Notes: a model not told the origin generated them from the sequence alone. 64,000 nucleotides of DNA from Candidatus Latescibacterota bacterium (GCA_965222605.1 OZ244960.1:4832001-4896000), one strand, 5' to 3'; shown: positions 39,409 through 48,585, counted from the stretch's first letter. A program made the numbers and translations.

Positions 39409-42400
39409 ACTAACACAAGCTCAGAGAGAAGATTTGGACGCGCTTGCGGCGCTGCCCGATGACGAGATAGATACCTCTGATATTCCCGAGGTTTCCGGGG
39501 GGTCTAATTCTGTACGCGGGCTGTTTCATAAGTCCGCCAGTGAGCGGAGTAAGGCGATGGATGAACTTAGAAGCGGACGTCCGTCGGTTACGGATACCTC
39601 TGAACGCGGTTTGGAAGATCGCATTTGCGAGATGTTGGCTGGTAGGGCGGATGAATCGAGTGCGGGTGATGTCGGGGAACGTCCGGCTACTTATGATGTG
39701 GGTTGGCGTTATGGGGATCGCGAGGATTACGACCGCGAGGATTGCGTGGATCTGGCGCAGTTGACGGCTTTTCTGAAGGCGACGCAGCCGAAGGTTGCTG
39801 ACGCGCTGTCTTTGGAGAGCGATGATCCGACGCGGCGCCGGTTTCTCGCCCGGCTGAAGAGCGAGGTTGGCAGGCGCGGTATTGTCGATGCGCTTCGCAA
39901 AGGCGTCAAGCACGGGCCGTATGATATTACGCTTTTTTACGGCGCGCCGTCGCCGGGCAACCGACGGGCAGCGGAGTTTTACGAACAGAATCGCTTTTCG
40001 GTCACGCGCCAGTTGTCATATAGCAATGCCAATAAGCGGCTTGCGCTTGATCTTGCGCTGTTTATCAATGGCTTGCCGGTGGCGACTTTTGAGTTGAAAA
40101 ATAGTCTCACCAAACAGACGGTGGCAGATGCGGTTGAGCAGTACAAACGCGATCGAGATCCGAGGGAGGAACTTTTTCGCATTGGTCGTTGTTTGGCGCA
40201 CTTTGCCGTAGATGAACACGAGGTGATGTTCTGTACGCATCTCAGGGGCAAGTCGTCCTGGTTCCTGCCTTTCAATAAGGGTTGGGATGACGGCGCTGGC
40301 AATCCGCCTAATCCCAATGGTCTCAAGACCGATTATCTGTGGCAGGAGGTTCTGACCCGGCAGAGTTTGACCGATATTATCGAAAATTACGCTCTGCTGG
40401 TGGAATCTGCCGATGTAAAGACGGGGCGCAAGACGCGGACGCAGATTTGGCCGCGCTATCACCAACTGGATGTGGTGCGAAAATTACTGGCGGATGCTGG
40501 AAAAAACGGAGCGGGGCCGCGCTATCTTATCCAGCATTCGGCGGGTAGCGGGAAGTCCAATTCCATCGCCTGGTTGGCGCACCGGCTCATCGGGCTGGAA
40601 AAGGGTGGTGAGACGGTTTTTGATTCTATGATTGTTGTAACTGATCGGATTATTCTGGACCGGCAGATCAATGATACCATCCGGCAATTCGCGCAAGTGG
40701 GTGCGACGGTTGGGCATGCCGAAAGATCTGGCGACTTGCGGCGCTTTATCGACGAAGGTAAGAAAATTATTATTTCTACCGTGCAGAAGTTTCCGTTTAT
40801 TCTGGATGAGATTGGGACAGATCATCGAGGAAGCCGATTTGCCATCATAATTGACGAAGCGCATTCCAGCCAGGGTGGGCGCACGTCCTCGGCGATGGCG
40901 CAGGCACTGGGCGACCATGAGGACGGGGATGATGACGATACTTTTGAAGATAAGATCAACCGCATCATTGAGCAAAAGCGTCTGTTGACCAATGCCAGTT
41001 ATTTTGCCTTTACCGCTACGCCAAAGAATAAGACGCTGGAGTTATTTGGCACACCGTCGCCGCAGCCCGATGGCGCGACAAAGCATCGGTCGTTCCACAA
41101 CTATGCGATGAAACAGGCGATTGAGGAGGGGTTTATTCTGGATGTGCTGGGTAATTATACGCCGGTAACGAGCTACTACCATCTCGCCAAGACGATAGCA
41201 GATGACCCGGAATTTGATACGAAAAAGGCGAAGAAAAAGCTCATCCACTATGTGGAAACACACAGCCATGCCATCCGACTCAAAGCGGAGATTATGGTTG
41301 ATCACTTCCACGAGCAGGTGCTGGCACCGCGCAAAATCGGCGGACAGGCGCGGGCGATGGTCGTAACCGGTGGTATTCAGATGGCGATTGAATACTATCA
41401 CGCCATCCGCGACTATCTGAACGAGCGCAATAGCCCGCACAAAGCTATTGTCGCCTTCTCCGGTGAGACGGATTACGGCGGTGAGAGGGTGAGTGAAGCG
41501 TCGTTGAACGGTTTTCCGTCATCGCAGATTGCCAACAAGATTCAGGAAGATCCCTATCGGCTTCTGGTCTGCGCGGATAAGTTTCAGACGGGCTACGACG
41601 AGCCTCTGCTGCATGTGATGTACGTAGATAAGGTGCTGTCTGGTATCAAAGCAGTGCAAACTCTCTCGCGTCTCAACCGCGCCCACCCCGATAAGCGCGA
41701 TACGTTTGTGCTGGATTTCTACAATGACACTGACATGATAAAGGACGCTTTTGCTGACTACTACCGCACGACTATTTTGGCGGATGAAACCGATCCCAAC
41801 AAGTTGCACGATCTCAAGGCTGCGCTGGATGGCCGGCAGGTTTATTCCGATGAGCAAGTCCAAAATTTAGTAGAGTCGTATTTGAATGGCGATGACCGCG
41901 GGGCTTTCGATCCAATTCTGGACGTCTGCGTGGCGGTCTATCGAAGTGAGCTGGATGAGGACGGGCAAGTTGAATTTAAGGGCAATGCCAAAGCGTTTGT
42001 CCGTTCCTACACCTTCTTAGCTCAAGTGCTTCCCTATGAGAATGTAGCGTGGGAAAAGCTTTCCATTTTTTTGAATTTTCTCGTTCCGAAGCTGCCGACG
42101 CCCGTTACTGAAGATATGTCGCTGGGTATTGAAGGTGCTATTGATATGGATAGCTATCGCGCCGAGAAACAGGCGACGATGCATATTCTGCTGTCTGATG
42201 AGGATGCCGAAATCGAGCCGGTGCCCACAGGTGGTGGCGGCCATAAGCCAGATCCGGAAATGGACCGGCTTTCCAATATTCTCCAGGCGTTTAACGACCT
42301 TTTTGGCGATATTCCGTGGACCAATGAAGACCGCATACGCAGAATGATTACCGAGGATGTTCCGAGGATGGTTGATGCTGATAGTGCCTATCGCAATGCG

Positions 42401-42568
42401 CGGGAACACTCAGATGATCAGAATACGCGCATTGAACACGATAAGGCATTGGAGAAAGCGATCATGGCCCTGCTCACGGATGATACCGAACTCTACAAGC
42501 AATACTCTCAGAATGAAGCGTTTAAGCGTTGGCTGGAAAATAGCGTGTTCGAACTGACCAATCGCTAA
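39389..42568 (+). CDS. hsdR: type I R-M restriction subunit with BrnA-like N-terminal extension
   Basis: LDLALFINGLPVATFELKN, QHSAGSGKS, IIDEAH, FTATP and KFQTGYD; the usual start region TDTSERGLE lies about 67 aa in. Confidence 0.95.
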   Translation: MKDRDIKLTQAQREDLDALAALPDDEIDTSDIPEVSGGSNSVRGLFHKSASERSKAMDELRSGRPSVTDTSERGLEDRICEMLAGRADESSAGDVGERPATYDVGWRYGDREDYDREDCVDLAQLTAFLKATQPKVADALSLESDDPTRRRFLARLKSEVGRRGIVDALRKGVKHGPYDITLFYGAPSPGNRRAAEFYEQNRFSVTRQLSYSNANKRLALDLALFINGLPVATFELKNSLTKQTVADAVEQYKRDRDPREELFRIGRCLAHFAVDEHEVMFCTHLRGKSSWFLPFNKGWDDGAGNPPNPNGLKTDYLWQEVLTRQSLTDIIENYALLVESADVKTGRKTRTQIWPRYHQLDVVRKLLADAGKNGAGPRYLIQHSAGSGKSNSIAWLAHRLIGLEKGGETVFDSMIVVTDRIILDRQINDTIRQFAQVGATVGHAERSGDLRRFIDEGKKIIISTVQKFPFILDEIGTDHRGSRFAIIIDEAHSSQGGRTSSAMAQALGDHEDGDDDDTFEDKINRIIEQKRLLTNASYFAFTATPKNKTLELFGTPSPQPDGATKHRSFHNYAMKQAIEEGFILDVLGNYTPVTSYYHLAKTIADDPEFDTKKAKKKLIHYVETHSHAIRLKAEIMVDHFHEQVLAPRKIGGQARAMVVTGGIQMAIEYYHAIRDYLNERNSPHKAIVAFSGETDYGGERVSEASLNGFPSSQIANKIQEDPYRLLVCADKFQTGYDEPLLHVMYVDKVLSGIKAVQTLSRLNRAHPDKRDTFVLDFYNDTDMIKDAFADYYRTTILADETDPNKLHDLKAALDGRQVYSDEQVQNLVESYLNGDDRGAFDPILDVCVAVYRSELDEDGQVEFKGNAKAFVRSYTFLAQVLPYENVAWEKLSIFLNFLVPKLPTPVTEDMSLGIEGAIDMDSYRAEKQATMHILLSDEDAEIEPVPTGGGGHKPDPEMDRLSNILQAFNDLFGDIPWTNEDRIRRMITEDVPRMVDADSAYRNAREHSDDQNTRIEHDKALEKAIMALLTDDTELYKQYSQNEAFKRWLENSVFELTNR

Positions 42569-42579
42569 CGCCAAATACG

Positions 42580-42636
42580 CCGCGTAGTTTAAAAAACAGC
42601 CCGTCTAAAAAATTGGATGGGTTATTTTTTTATTCG
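42580..42636 (+). repeat. hairpin direct repeat, left of the second Schlafen gene (terminator-like)
   Basis: ccgcgtagtttaaaaaacagcccgtctaaaaaattggatgggttatttttt. Confidence 0.85.
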
Positions 42637-42640
42637 CAGT

Positions 42641-42686
42641 CTTGAAGATGCGGGCAAAGTTGACTATACTAAACGCAGCCTTGAAT
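42641..42686 (+). promoter_or_regulatory. sigma70-like promoter module, copy 2
   Basis: TTGAAG-N17-TATACT; homologous to 27548-27593. Confidence 0.7.
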
Positions 42687-42787
42687 ATGCGTTCTTTGAG
42701 TGTCTGGGCGAGAACAGTGTCGCGGACATTCTGACGTTGGTGCGGAGGCAAAGGGCTATTGAGCCAAATTATCGCAGGCGGTTTCTA

Positions 42788-44710
42788 ATGGCAGAACTAC
42801 GATTCGACATCACGCCGTTTCTGAATCAAGACGAAGGTCAGCACTTTGATCGCAAGTCTTTGTATGAAGGGATAGGTGAGGCCAAACGGTCACGTAATCG
42901 CCGCGCCGTGCGGGACCAGGTTGCGGAGTACATCGCTGCTTTCGCTAATGCCGAAGGTGGCGTATTGATCCTGGGCATAGAGGATGACCGCACCATTACT
43001 GGACACCGGCTACCGCAGGATGCCTTGAGCAATATCCTGAATACCCCGGGCACTCGTTTGCAGCCCGCACAACCCGATGGTTTTATTATGCATGTTGAAG
43101 GGCGCGAACTGATTGTTTTTGATGTACCGGCTTCGGATGTTCCCGTTCAAGTAATCGGGGATGGATTCCCGTTGCGAATGGGTGACCAGACAGTGCAATC
43201 CAGCGAGAGCCAAATCAATACGCTCAAGTTTGAAGGTATGGCGGAGAGTTGGGAAAGCCGACGGTCATCAATTACTTTGGCTGATTTGGATGAGCGACTG
43301 TTAGAGCGCGCGCGACAAGGGGCGGGTTTATCCGCTTTGAGTGATGAGGAGTACTTGCTCAAGCGCAAATTGGCCGACCGCCGTGGGCAAGGGATCGTGC
43401 TTCGAAATGCTGCGGAGTTGCTCTTTGCCCGTTATGGACCGGACCATCCCAATGCCGGTGTTCGCCTTTTTCGCGTCATTGGCACCCAGCGACATACTGG
43501 ACCCGAGCACAATGTCGAAGAACGCCCGCGTTGTGAAGGCAACTTGCCTGCGGTCATATCGGAAATTCGCACTGTCATCAGCAGTTTGCTGCGACGTCCT
43601 ATGCGGCTCGTGGGTAGCCGCTTTCAGGAATCCGCCGAATATCCGGATTTTGCGTGGCTGGAGGCATTGCTCAATGCCATCGCGCACCGCGATTATAGAG
43701 TTGAAGGCGCAGGCATTGAGGTCTGGCTATTCGATGACCGCATGGAAGTGGTCAGTCCCGGCGGTCTGGTAGGCAACTTGACTACAGAAGAGTTGCTCAC
43801 GCTCAAGCGCGTTCATCACAGCCGCAATCCTCGCGTTATTCGAGTGCTTGTAGATCTCGGTCTCGCACGCGACCAGGGCGAGGGTATTCCGCGGATGTTT
43901 GCAGAGATGGAAGACGCTTTTTTGCCAAGGCCAGATATAGATGCTACCAACCGAAGTGTTACAGTTACGCTTCGGAATACGCTTACCCTAAATGCTATCG
44001 ATCGAGAATTTATCTCGGCTCTCGGCGACCTTGAGCTTTCTCGCAATGAGTTTCGGACATTGCTTTACACCTATCGTCATGGTCAGATAGACAATGCCAG
44101 GTTGCGTGCTTTATCCGGTCTCGACACTTTAAATGCCAGTTACCTTTTGCGCGGCCTCCGCGACCGGGATTTGTTGGCGCTTCATTCTCACGGTCCCAAC
44201 AGCTACTACACACTGACTTCTGTTCTGACATCGAAAGTTGGAGATTACAAAGCGAAAGGTGAGGAGCTCGGCACGGATGCAGAGGAGTTCAGTACGGATA
44301 TAGAGGAGCTCGGCACGGATGCAGAGGAGTTCAGTACGGATATAGAGGAGCTCGGCACGGATGCAGAGGAGTTCAGTACGGATATAGAGGAGCTCGGCAC
44401 GGATGCAGAGGAGTTCAGTACGGATACGGGTAAGCTTCCCAACGACATCAAAGCAGCTATTGACCAACTTGGCCGGCGACCACGTCGAGAGAATCTACGC
44501 CCCGTCATTCGTGCAATATGCGATCAAGGGAGATGGGTAACTTCCGCTGAACTCGCCCAACTCCTCAACTTCCACCAAAATAACCTGATGTCGGCACACA
44601 TCACTCCGATGATACATAGCGGAGAACTTGAGTCACGCTTTCCAGACAAGCCTAATCATCCTCGCCAAGCTTACCGAGCCGTTGTATCCCAACACCCTGA
44701 AACAAGTTAG
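42788..44710 (+). CDS. Schlafen/AlbA_2 + HATPase_c_4 + wHTH protein with acidic repeat linker
   Basis: EGQHFDRKS, AAFANAEGGVLILGI, EALLNAIAHRDY, EVVSPGG, GEGIPRM and C-terminal PDKPNHPRQAY. Confidence 0.88.
   Translation: MAELRFDITPFLNQDEGQHFDRKSLYEGIGEAKRSRNRRAVRDQVAEYIAAFANAEGGVLILGIEDDRTITGHRLPQDALSNILNTPGTRLQPAQPDGFIMHVEGRELIVFDVPASDVPVQVIGDGFPLRMGDQTVQSSESQINTLKFEGMAESWESRRSSITLADLDERLLERARQGAGLSALSDEEYLLKRKLADRRGQGIVLRNAAELLFARYGPDHPNAGVRLFRVIGTQRHTGPEHNVEERPRCEGNLPAVISEIRTVISSLLRRPMRLVGSRFQESAEYPDFAWLEALLNAIAHRDYRVEGAGIEVWLFDDRMEVVSPGGLVGNLTTEELLTLKRVHHSRNPRVIRVLVDLGLARDQGEGIPRMFAEMEDAFLPRPDIDATNRSVTVTLRNTLTLNAIDREFISALGDLELSRNEFRTLLYTYRHGQIDNARLRALSGLDTLNASYLLRGLRDRDLLALHSHGPNSYYTLTSVLTSKVGDYKAKGEELGTDAEEFSTDIEELGTDAEEFSTDIEELGTDAEEFSTDIEELGTDAEEFSTDTGKLPNDIKAAIDQLGRRPRRENLRPVIRAICDQGRWVTSAELAQLLNFHQNNLMSAHITPMIHSGELESRFPDKPNHPRQAYRAVVSQHPETS
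44261..44426 (+). repeat. in-frame 42-bp tandem repeat (about 4 copies)
   Basis: gaggagctcggcacggatgcagaggagttcagtacggatata, encoding EELGTDAEEFSTDI. Confidence 0.97.
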
Positions 44711-44850
44711 GCTTTCCCTTCCTTGGCCGACAAATAACGTGTGACCAATCCCTAATTGGTCTATCAAAAAATTTGCTAATATTTTTTTTTGATAGACTGG
44801 ATTACGGCTCAACACCATGCCGCAATGACACCCGTTGTTCGTCAGGTACT

Positions 44851-44907
44851 CCGCGTAGTTAAAAAATAGCCCGTCCAAAAAGTTGGATGGGCTGTTTTGT
44901 TCGTTCG
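44851..44907 (+). repeat. hairpin direct repeat, right of the second Schlafen gene
   Basis: ccgcgtagttaaaaaatagcccgtccaaaaagttggatgggctgttttg. Confidence 0.85.
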
Positions 44908-44919
44908 TACACTGAATCG

Positions 44920-45249
44920 TTATTCGGGCCACTTCATGATGGGTTCTTCATCTTCCTTTTCCAAAGATAAAGTTTCCTGAAAAGGTTCGTGGTCGAGGCG
45001 ATCACCCAGGATAACGGTTAGCACGGCACCGCCTACAAATGCGGTTATGAATCGCGCACCTGAAAAGAAGGCGATGGCCGCAGCTATGAGGCTGTTGCTG
45101 ATTACAGCGGTGATTATGAGGTCATCTGGCTCAGAAGTGCTGCGGCGTTTATAGGTTTTATCAAATAGCATGCGGAGGGCATTGCCAGCTACTGTGCCGA
45201 TCAAGGCGAAGATTACGAGCAAAATTATGGAAAATAGTCGAAAGATCAT
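44920..45249 (-). CDS. small membrane protein
   Basis: Three hydrophobic segments; AAGGA RBS. Confidence 0.6.
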   Translation of the reverse strand: MIFRLFSIILLVIFALIGTVAGNALRMLFDKTYKRRSTSEPDDLIITAVISNSLIAAAIAFFSGARFITAFVGGAVLTVILGDRLDHEPFQETLSLEKEDEEPIMKWPE

Positions 45250-45275
45250 GGGGTGTCCTTAGAAATAATGGGTCA

Positions 45276-45677
45276 TTATGGATTATTGTCAAACCCGCCT
45301 TCACGCGCCTGGCGGGTCATTTCTTGGATGAGTTTGGGGGCGGGGTCTTCCCATCCTTCGGGTTTGAGTATTTTGCCGTCTTCTCGGCGAATGACTTTTC
45401 CGTTTACGACTTTTTGCATGTTTGCATTGTGAACGATATCGAACAACGGGTCGAGGTTGATGCCGTTGCGTACGGCAAAATCGCAGATGTAGTAAATCGC
45501 ATCGACGAGCGCGTCAGCCTGTTCTGTGACGGTCTGCGCGGCCATTAGCTCGTCCAGTTCGTCGTTGACCATTTGTCGTATAAATGCGATGCCTTCTGGT
45601 GTCATATTTTGCGGATGCGCTGGCAGGTCGTCGTTACAGGCCATTGTAAATTCGCGCACTTGAGCTGTGTATCCCAT
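45276..45677 (-). CDS. MazG-like/PRA-PH all-alpha NTP pyrophosphohydrolase
   Basis: DELDEL, ADALVDAIYY, VHNANMQK and REDGKILKPEGW. Confidence 0.85.
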   Translation of the reverse strand: MGYTAQVREFTMACNDDLPAHPQNMTPEGIAFIRQMVNDELDELMAAQTVTEQADALVDAIYYICDFAVRNGINLDPLFDIVHNANMQKVVNGKVIRREDGKILKPEGWEDPAPKLIQEMTRQAREGGFDNNP

Positions 45678-45903
45678 GCGTACTCCTGGTGAAAGGTAAG
45701 GGAGCCTGCCCCTGCATGTTTTAAGCAGGGGTGAGACGTGTGCGTTAGAAATTACTCTGATCGGGGGGGCTATGCAACACAATGTTTATGCGGTTCATTT
45801 TGATTGCGCGTTTTTGGTCTTTGACTTTTGGGCGTTGCGTCTATATTTTTTGGCGCGATATTTTGTTGTCTGGTGAACTATGATGCGAAAGGATTTAGAT
45901 TAC

Positions 45904-47130
45904 ATGGCGAGTATTAATGCAAATTATGACAAATTGGCTGCGGGGTATTTGTTTCCCGAGATTGCGCGGCGGACGCAGATTTTTCTCGATGCCCATCCAG
46001 AAGTTTCCGTGATGCGGTTGGGCATTGGCAATACGACTGAACCGCTGACCAAAAGCGTGATTGCCGGTTTGCACGATGCGGTGGATCAGATGGCGCGTGT
46101 GGAGACGTATCGCGGCTATGCCGATGGTGGAGAAGGCGAGCCTGAGATGCGGGAGGCTCTGGCGAAACGCTATGCAAAATACGGGGTTGAACTCGATGCG
46201 TCTGAGGTTTTTGTGAGTGATGGGGCCAAGTCGGATTCGGCGAATATTCAGTCGATTTTTGGTATGGATAATGTGATTGCTGTGCAGGATCCGGCATATC
46301 CGGTATATGTTGATAGCAATGTGATTTCCGGACGGACGGGCGATGCGGTGAACGATCAGTACGAAGGACTGGTTTATATGCCGTGTAAAGAAGAGAATGG
46401 TTTTATACCCGAGGTGCCAGATCAAAAGGTGGATTTGATCTATATTTGCAGCCCGAATAATCCAACAGGTGCCGTGGCAACCCGAGCGCAGCTTCAGGCG
46501 TTTGTAGATTATGCGATAGAACACAAGGCGGTGATTATTTACGATGCGGCTTATGCCGGGTACATCTCCGATGCGGCTTTGCCGCGGAGTATTTACGAGG
46601 TTGAGGGGGCAAAGTCCTGCGCGATTGAGATCAATAGTTTTTCCAAAGATACCGGGTTTACGGGCGTGCGTCTGGGATGGACGGTTGTGCCGATGGATCT
46701 CATTGTGGAAGATGCAGGGGCGGGCAAATTGAATACGCTGTGGGGCAGGCGCCAAAATACGTTTTTTAACGGTGCTTCGAATATTGTGCAACTGGGTGCT
46801 TTGTCGGTGTTTACAGAAGAAGGCGAGCGAGAATGCCAGGAGATGATTGCGTATTATATGGAAAATGCACGCATTATTCGGGCGGGTCTGAGAAGTATTG
46901 GGCTGACGGTTTTTGGCGGTGTACACGCGCCCTATTTGTGGCTCAAGACGCCGAATAGCATGTCGTCGTGGGACTTTTTTGACAAGTTGTTGTCAGAAGC
47001 CCATGTCGTCGGTACACCGGGGTCGGGTTTTGGACCTGCTGGCGAAGGTTATTTTCGCTTGAGTTCGTTTGGACATCGAGAAGATGTCGAGCGGGCAGTG
47101 GCGAGTATTCAGGCGAATTTGAAGATTTGA
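45904..47130 (+). CDS. dapL: LL-diaminopimelate aminotransferase
   Basis: GYLFPEI, LGIG, SDGAKSD, PNNPTG, SFSK..GFTGVR and GTPGSGFG. Confidence 0.95.
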   Translation: MASINANYDKLAAGYLFPEIARRTQIFLDAHPEVSVMRLGIGNTTEPLTKSVIAGLHDAVDQMARVETYRGYADGGEGEPEMREALAKRYAKYGVELDASEVFVSDGAKSDSANIQSIFGMDNVIAVQDPAYPVYVDSNVISGRTGDAVNDQYEGLVYMPCKEENGFIPEVPDQKVDLIYICSPNNPTGAVATRAQLQAFVDYAIEHKAVIIYDAAYAGYISDAALPRSIYEVEGAKSCAIEINSFSKDTGFTGVRLGWTVVPMDLIVEDAGAGKLNTLWGRRQNTFFNGASNIVQLGALSVFTEEGERECQEMIAYYMENARIIRAGLRSIGLTVFGGVHAPYLWLKTPNSMSSWDFFDKLLSEAHVVGTPGSGFGPAGEGYFRLSSFGHREDVERAVASIQANLKI

Positions 47131-47139
47131 GGTGAACAG

Positions 47140-48585
47140 ATGACGCAGTCCAATCCGAACATCATTTTTATTCTGGCTGATGATATGGGCTATGGGGATC
47201 TGGCGTGCCAGAATGCGGAGTCTAAAATCCCAACGCCCAATCTGGACCGGCTGGCGTCGCAGGGGGTTCGCTTTACCGATGCCCACGCGCCGTCCAGCGT
47301 TTGCACGCCGTCGCGCTATGCGATTCTTACAGGGCGGTATTCGTGGCGCACCCGGTTGCAAGGCGGCGTGTTGTGGCCCTGGGATCCGCCTTTGATTGAA
47401 CCGGGGCGAACGACGGTGGCGGCATTGCTGCGAGATCAAGGGTATCGCACGGCCTGTATTGGGAAGTGGCATTTGGGATGGAACTGGGAGACGAAGAATG
47501 GACGTGCGGCCTATGAAGGCGCGGAATACGGGGTGCTGGATAGGGATCAGCGGTATGAATTGGGCAAGAATATCGATTTTAGTAAGCCGGTCACTGGCGG
47601 GCCTATAGAATGTGGATTTGATTATTATTTTGGCGATGATGTACCCAATTTCCCACCTTATACATGGTTTGAAAACGATGGGTTGGTGGATGCGCCAGTT
47701 GAAGAGAAGCCCGAGGAGATGTTTGGATCGCCCGGGGCTATGGCGCCGGGCTGGTCTCTCGAAGCGGTGATGCCAACGTTGACCCAACGCGCGGTTCAAT
47801 ATATTGAGGCGGCGGATGAACAACCGTTTTTTTTGTATTTTCCACTGACTGCGCCGCATACGCCGATTGTTCCAATAGATGAGTTTAAGGGTATGAGCGA
47901 GGCTGGTGATTACGGAGATTTTGTGTGTGAGGTGGATTGGACTGTGGGCGAGGTGATGGCGGCACTTGATCGAAAAGGGATTGCCGAGAATACGCTGATT
48001 ATTTTTACCAGCGATAATGGGCCGGAGAGTTTTGCCTATAGACGGGTCCAGGAATACGATCATTACAGTATGGATGGCTTGCGGGGGTTAAAACGCGATG
48101 TGTGGGAAGGCGGGCACCGGGTTCCGTTTATTGCGAGCTGGCCCGATCAGATTGAGGGGGGCAGGGTTTGCGATGAAGTGATTTGCCTGTCCGATTTTAT
48201 GACTACGGCGGCGGCGATAAGCGGCGCGTCTTTGTCGGAAGATATGGGTGAAGATAGTTATGATATATTGCCCGCATTTTTAGATGAGACTTTTGATACG
48301 CCCATCCGAGAGGCGACTGTGCATCACAGCATTCGGGGGAAGTTCGCCATTCGAAAGGGGCGTTGGGTGTTGATTGATGCGCCGAGTGGAGATGATAATG
48401 CAGAACCGGATTGGTTTGTGGAAGAACGCGGGTATGTGCCACACGATCATCCGGGCGAACTTTTTGATCTCGAACGCGATCGGATTGAGCGATTTAATTG
48501 TTATGCAGACTATCCCGAGATTGTTGAAGAACTCAAGACATTGCTCGAGAGGTATAAGCGAGAAGGTCGAAGTGTTTCGCGCTGA
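47140..48585 (+). CDS. arylsulfatase
   Basis: ILADDMGYGD, CTPSR, GKWHLG and TSDNG. Confidence 0.92.
   Translation: MTQSNPNIIFILADDMGYGDLACQNAESKIPTPNLDRLASQGVRFTDAHAPSSVCTPSRYAILTGRYSWRTRLQGGVLWPWDPPLIEPGRTTVAALLRDQGYRTACIGKWHLGWNWETKNGRAAYEGAEYGVLDRDQRYELGKNIDFSKPVTGGPIECGFDYYFGDDVPNFPPYTWFENDGLVDAPVEEKPEEMFGSPGAMAPGWSLEAVMPTLTQRAVQYIEAADEQPFFLYFPLTAPHTPIVPIDEFKGMSEAGDYGDFVCEVDWTVGEVMAALDRKGIAENTLIIFTSDNGPESFAYRRVQEYDHYSMDGLRGLKRDVWEGGHRVPFIASWPDQIEGGRVCDEVICLSDFMTTAAAISGASLSEDMGEDSYDILPAFLDETFDTPIREATVHHSIRGKFAIRKGRWVLIDAPSGDDNAEPDWFVEERGYVPHDHPGELFDLERDRIERFNCYADYPEIVEELKTLLERYKREGRSVSR

Noticed and set aside
44261-44426. CRISPR array
   Set aside because: Perfect in-frame coding tandem repeat with no unique spacers
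27503-44907. Classical integron cassette array
   Set aside because: No intI and no convincing RYYYAAC...GTTRRRY attC sites found by eye; the boundary repeats are of other types
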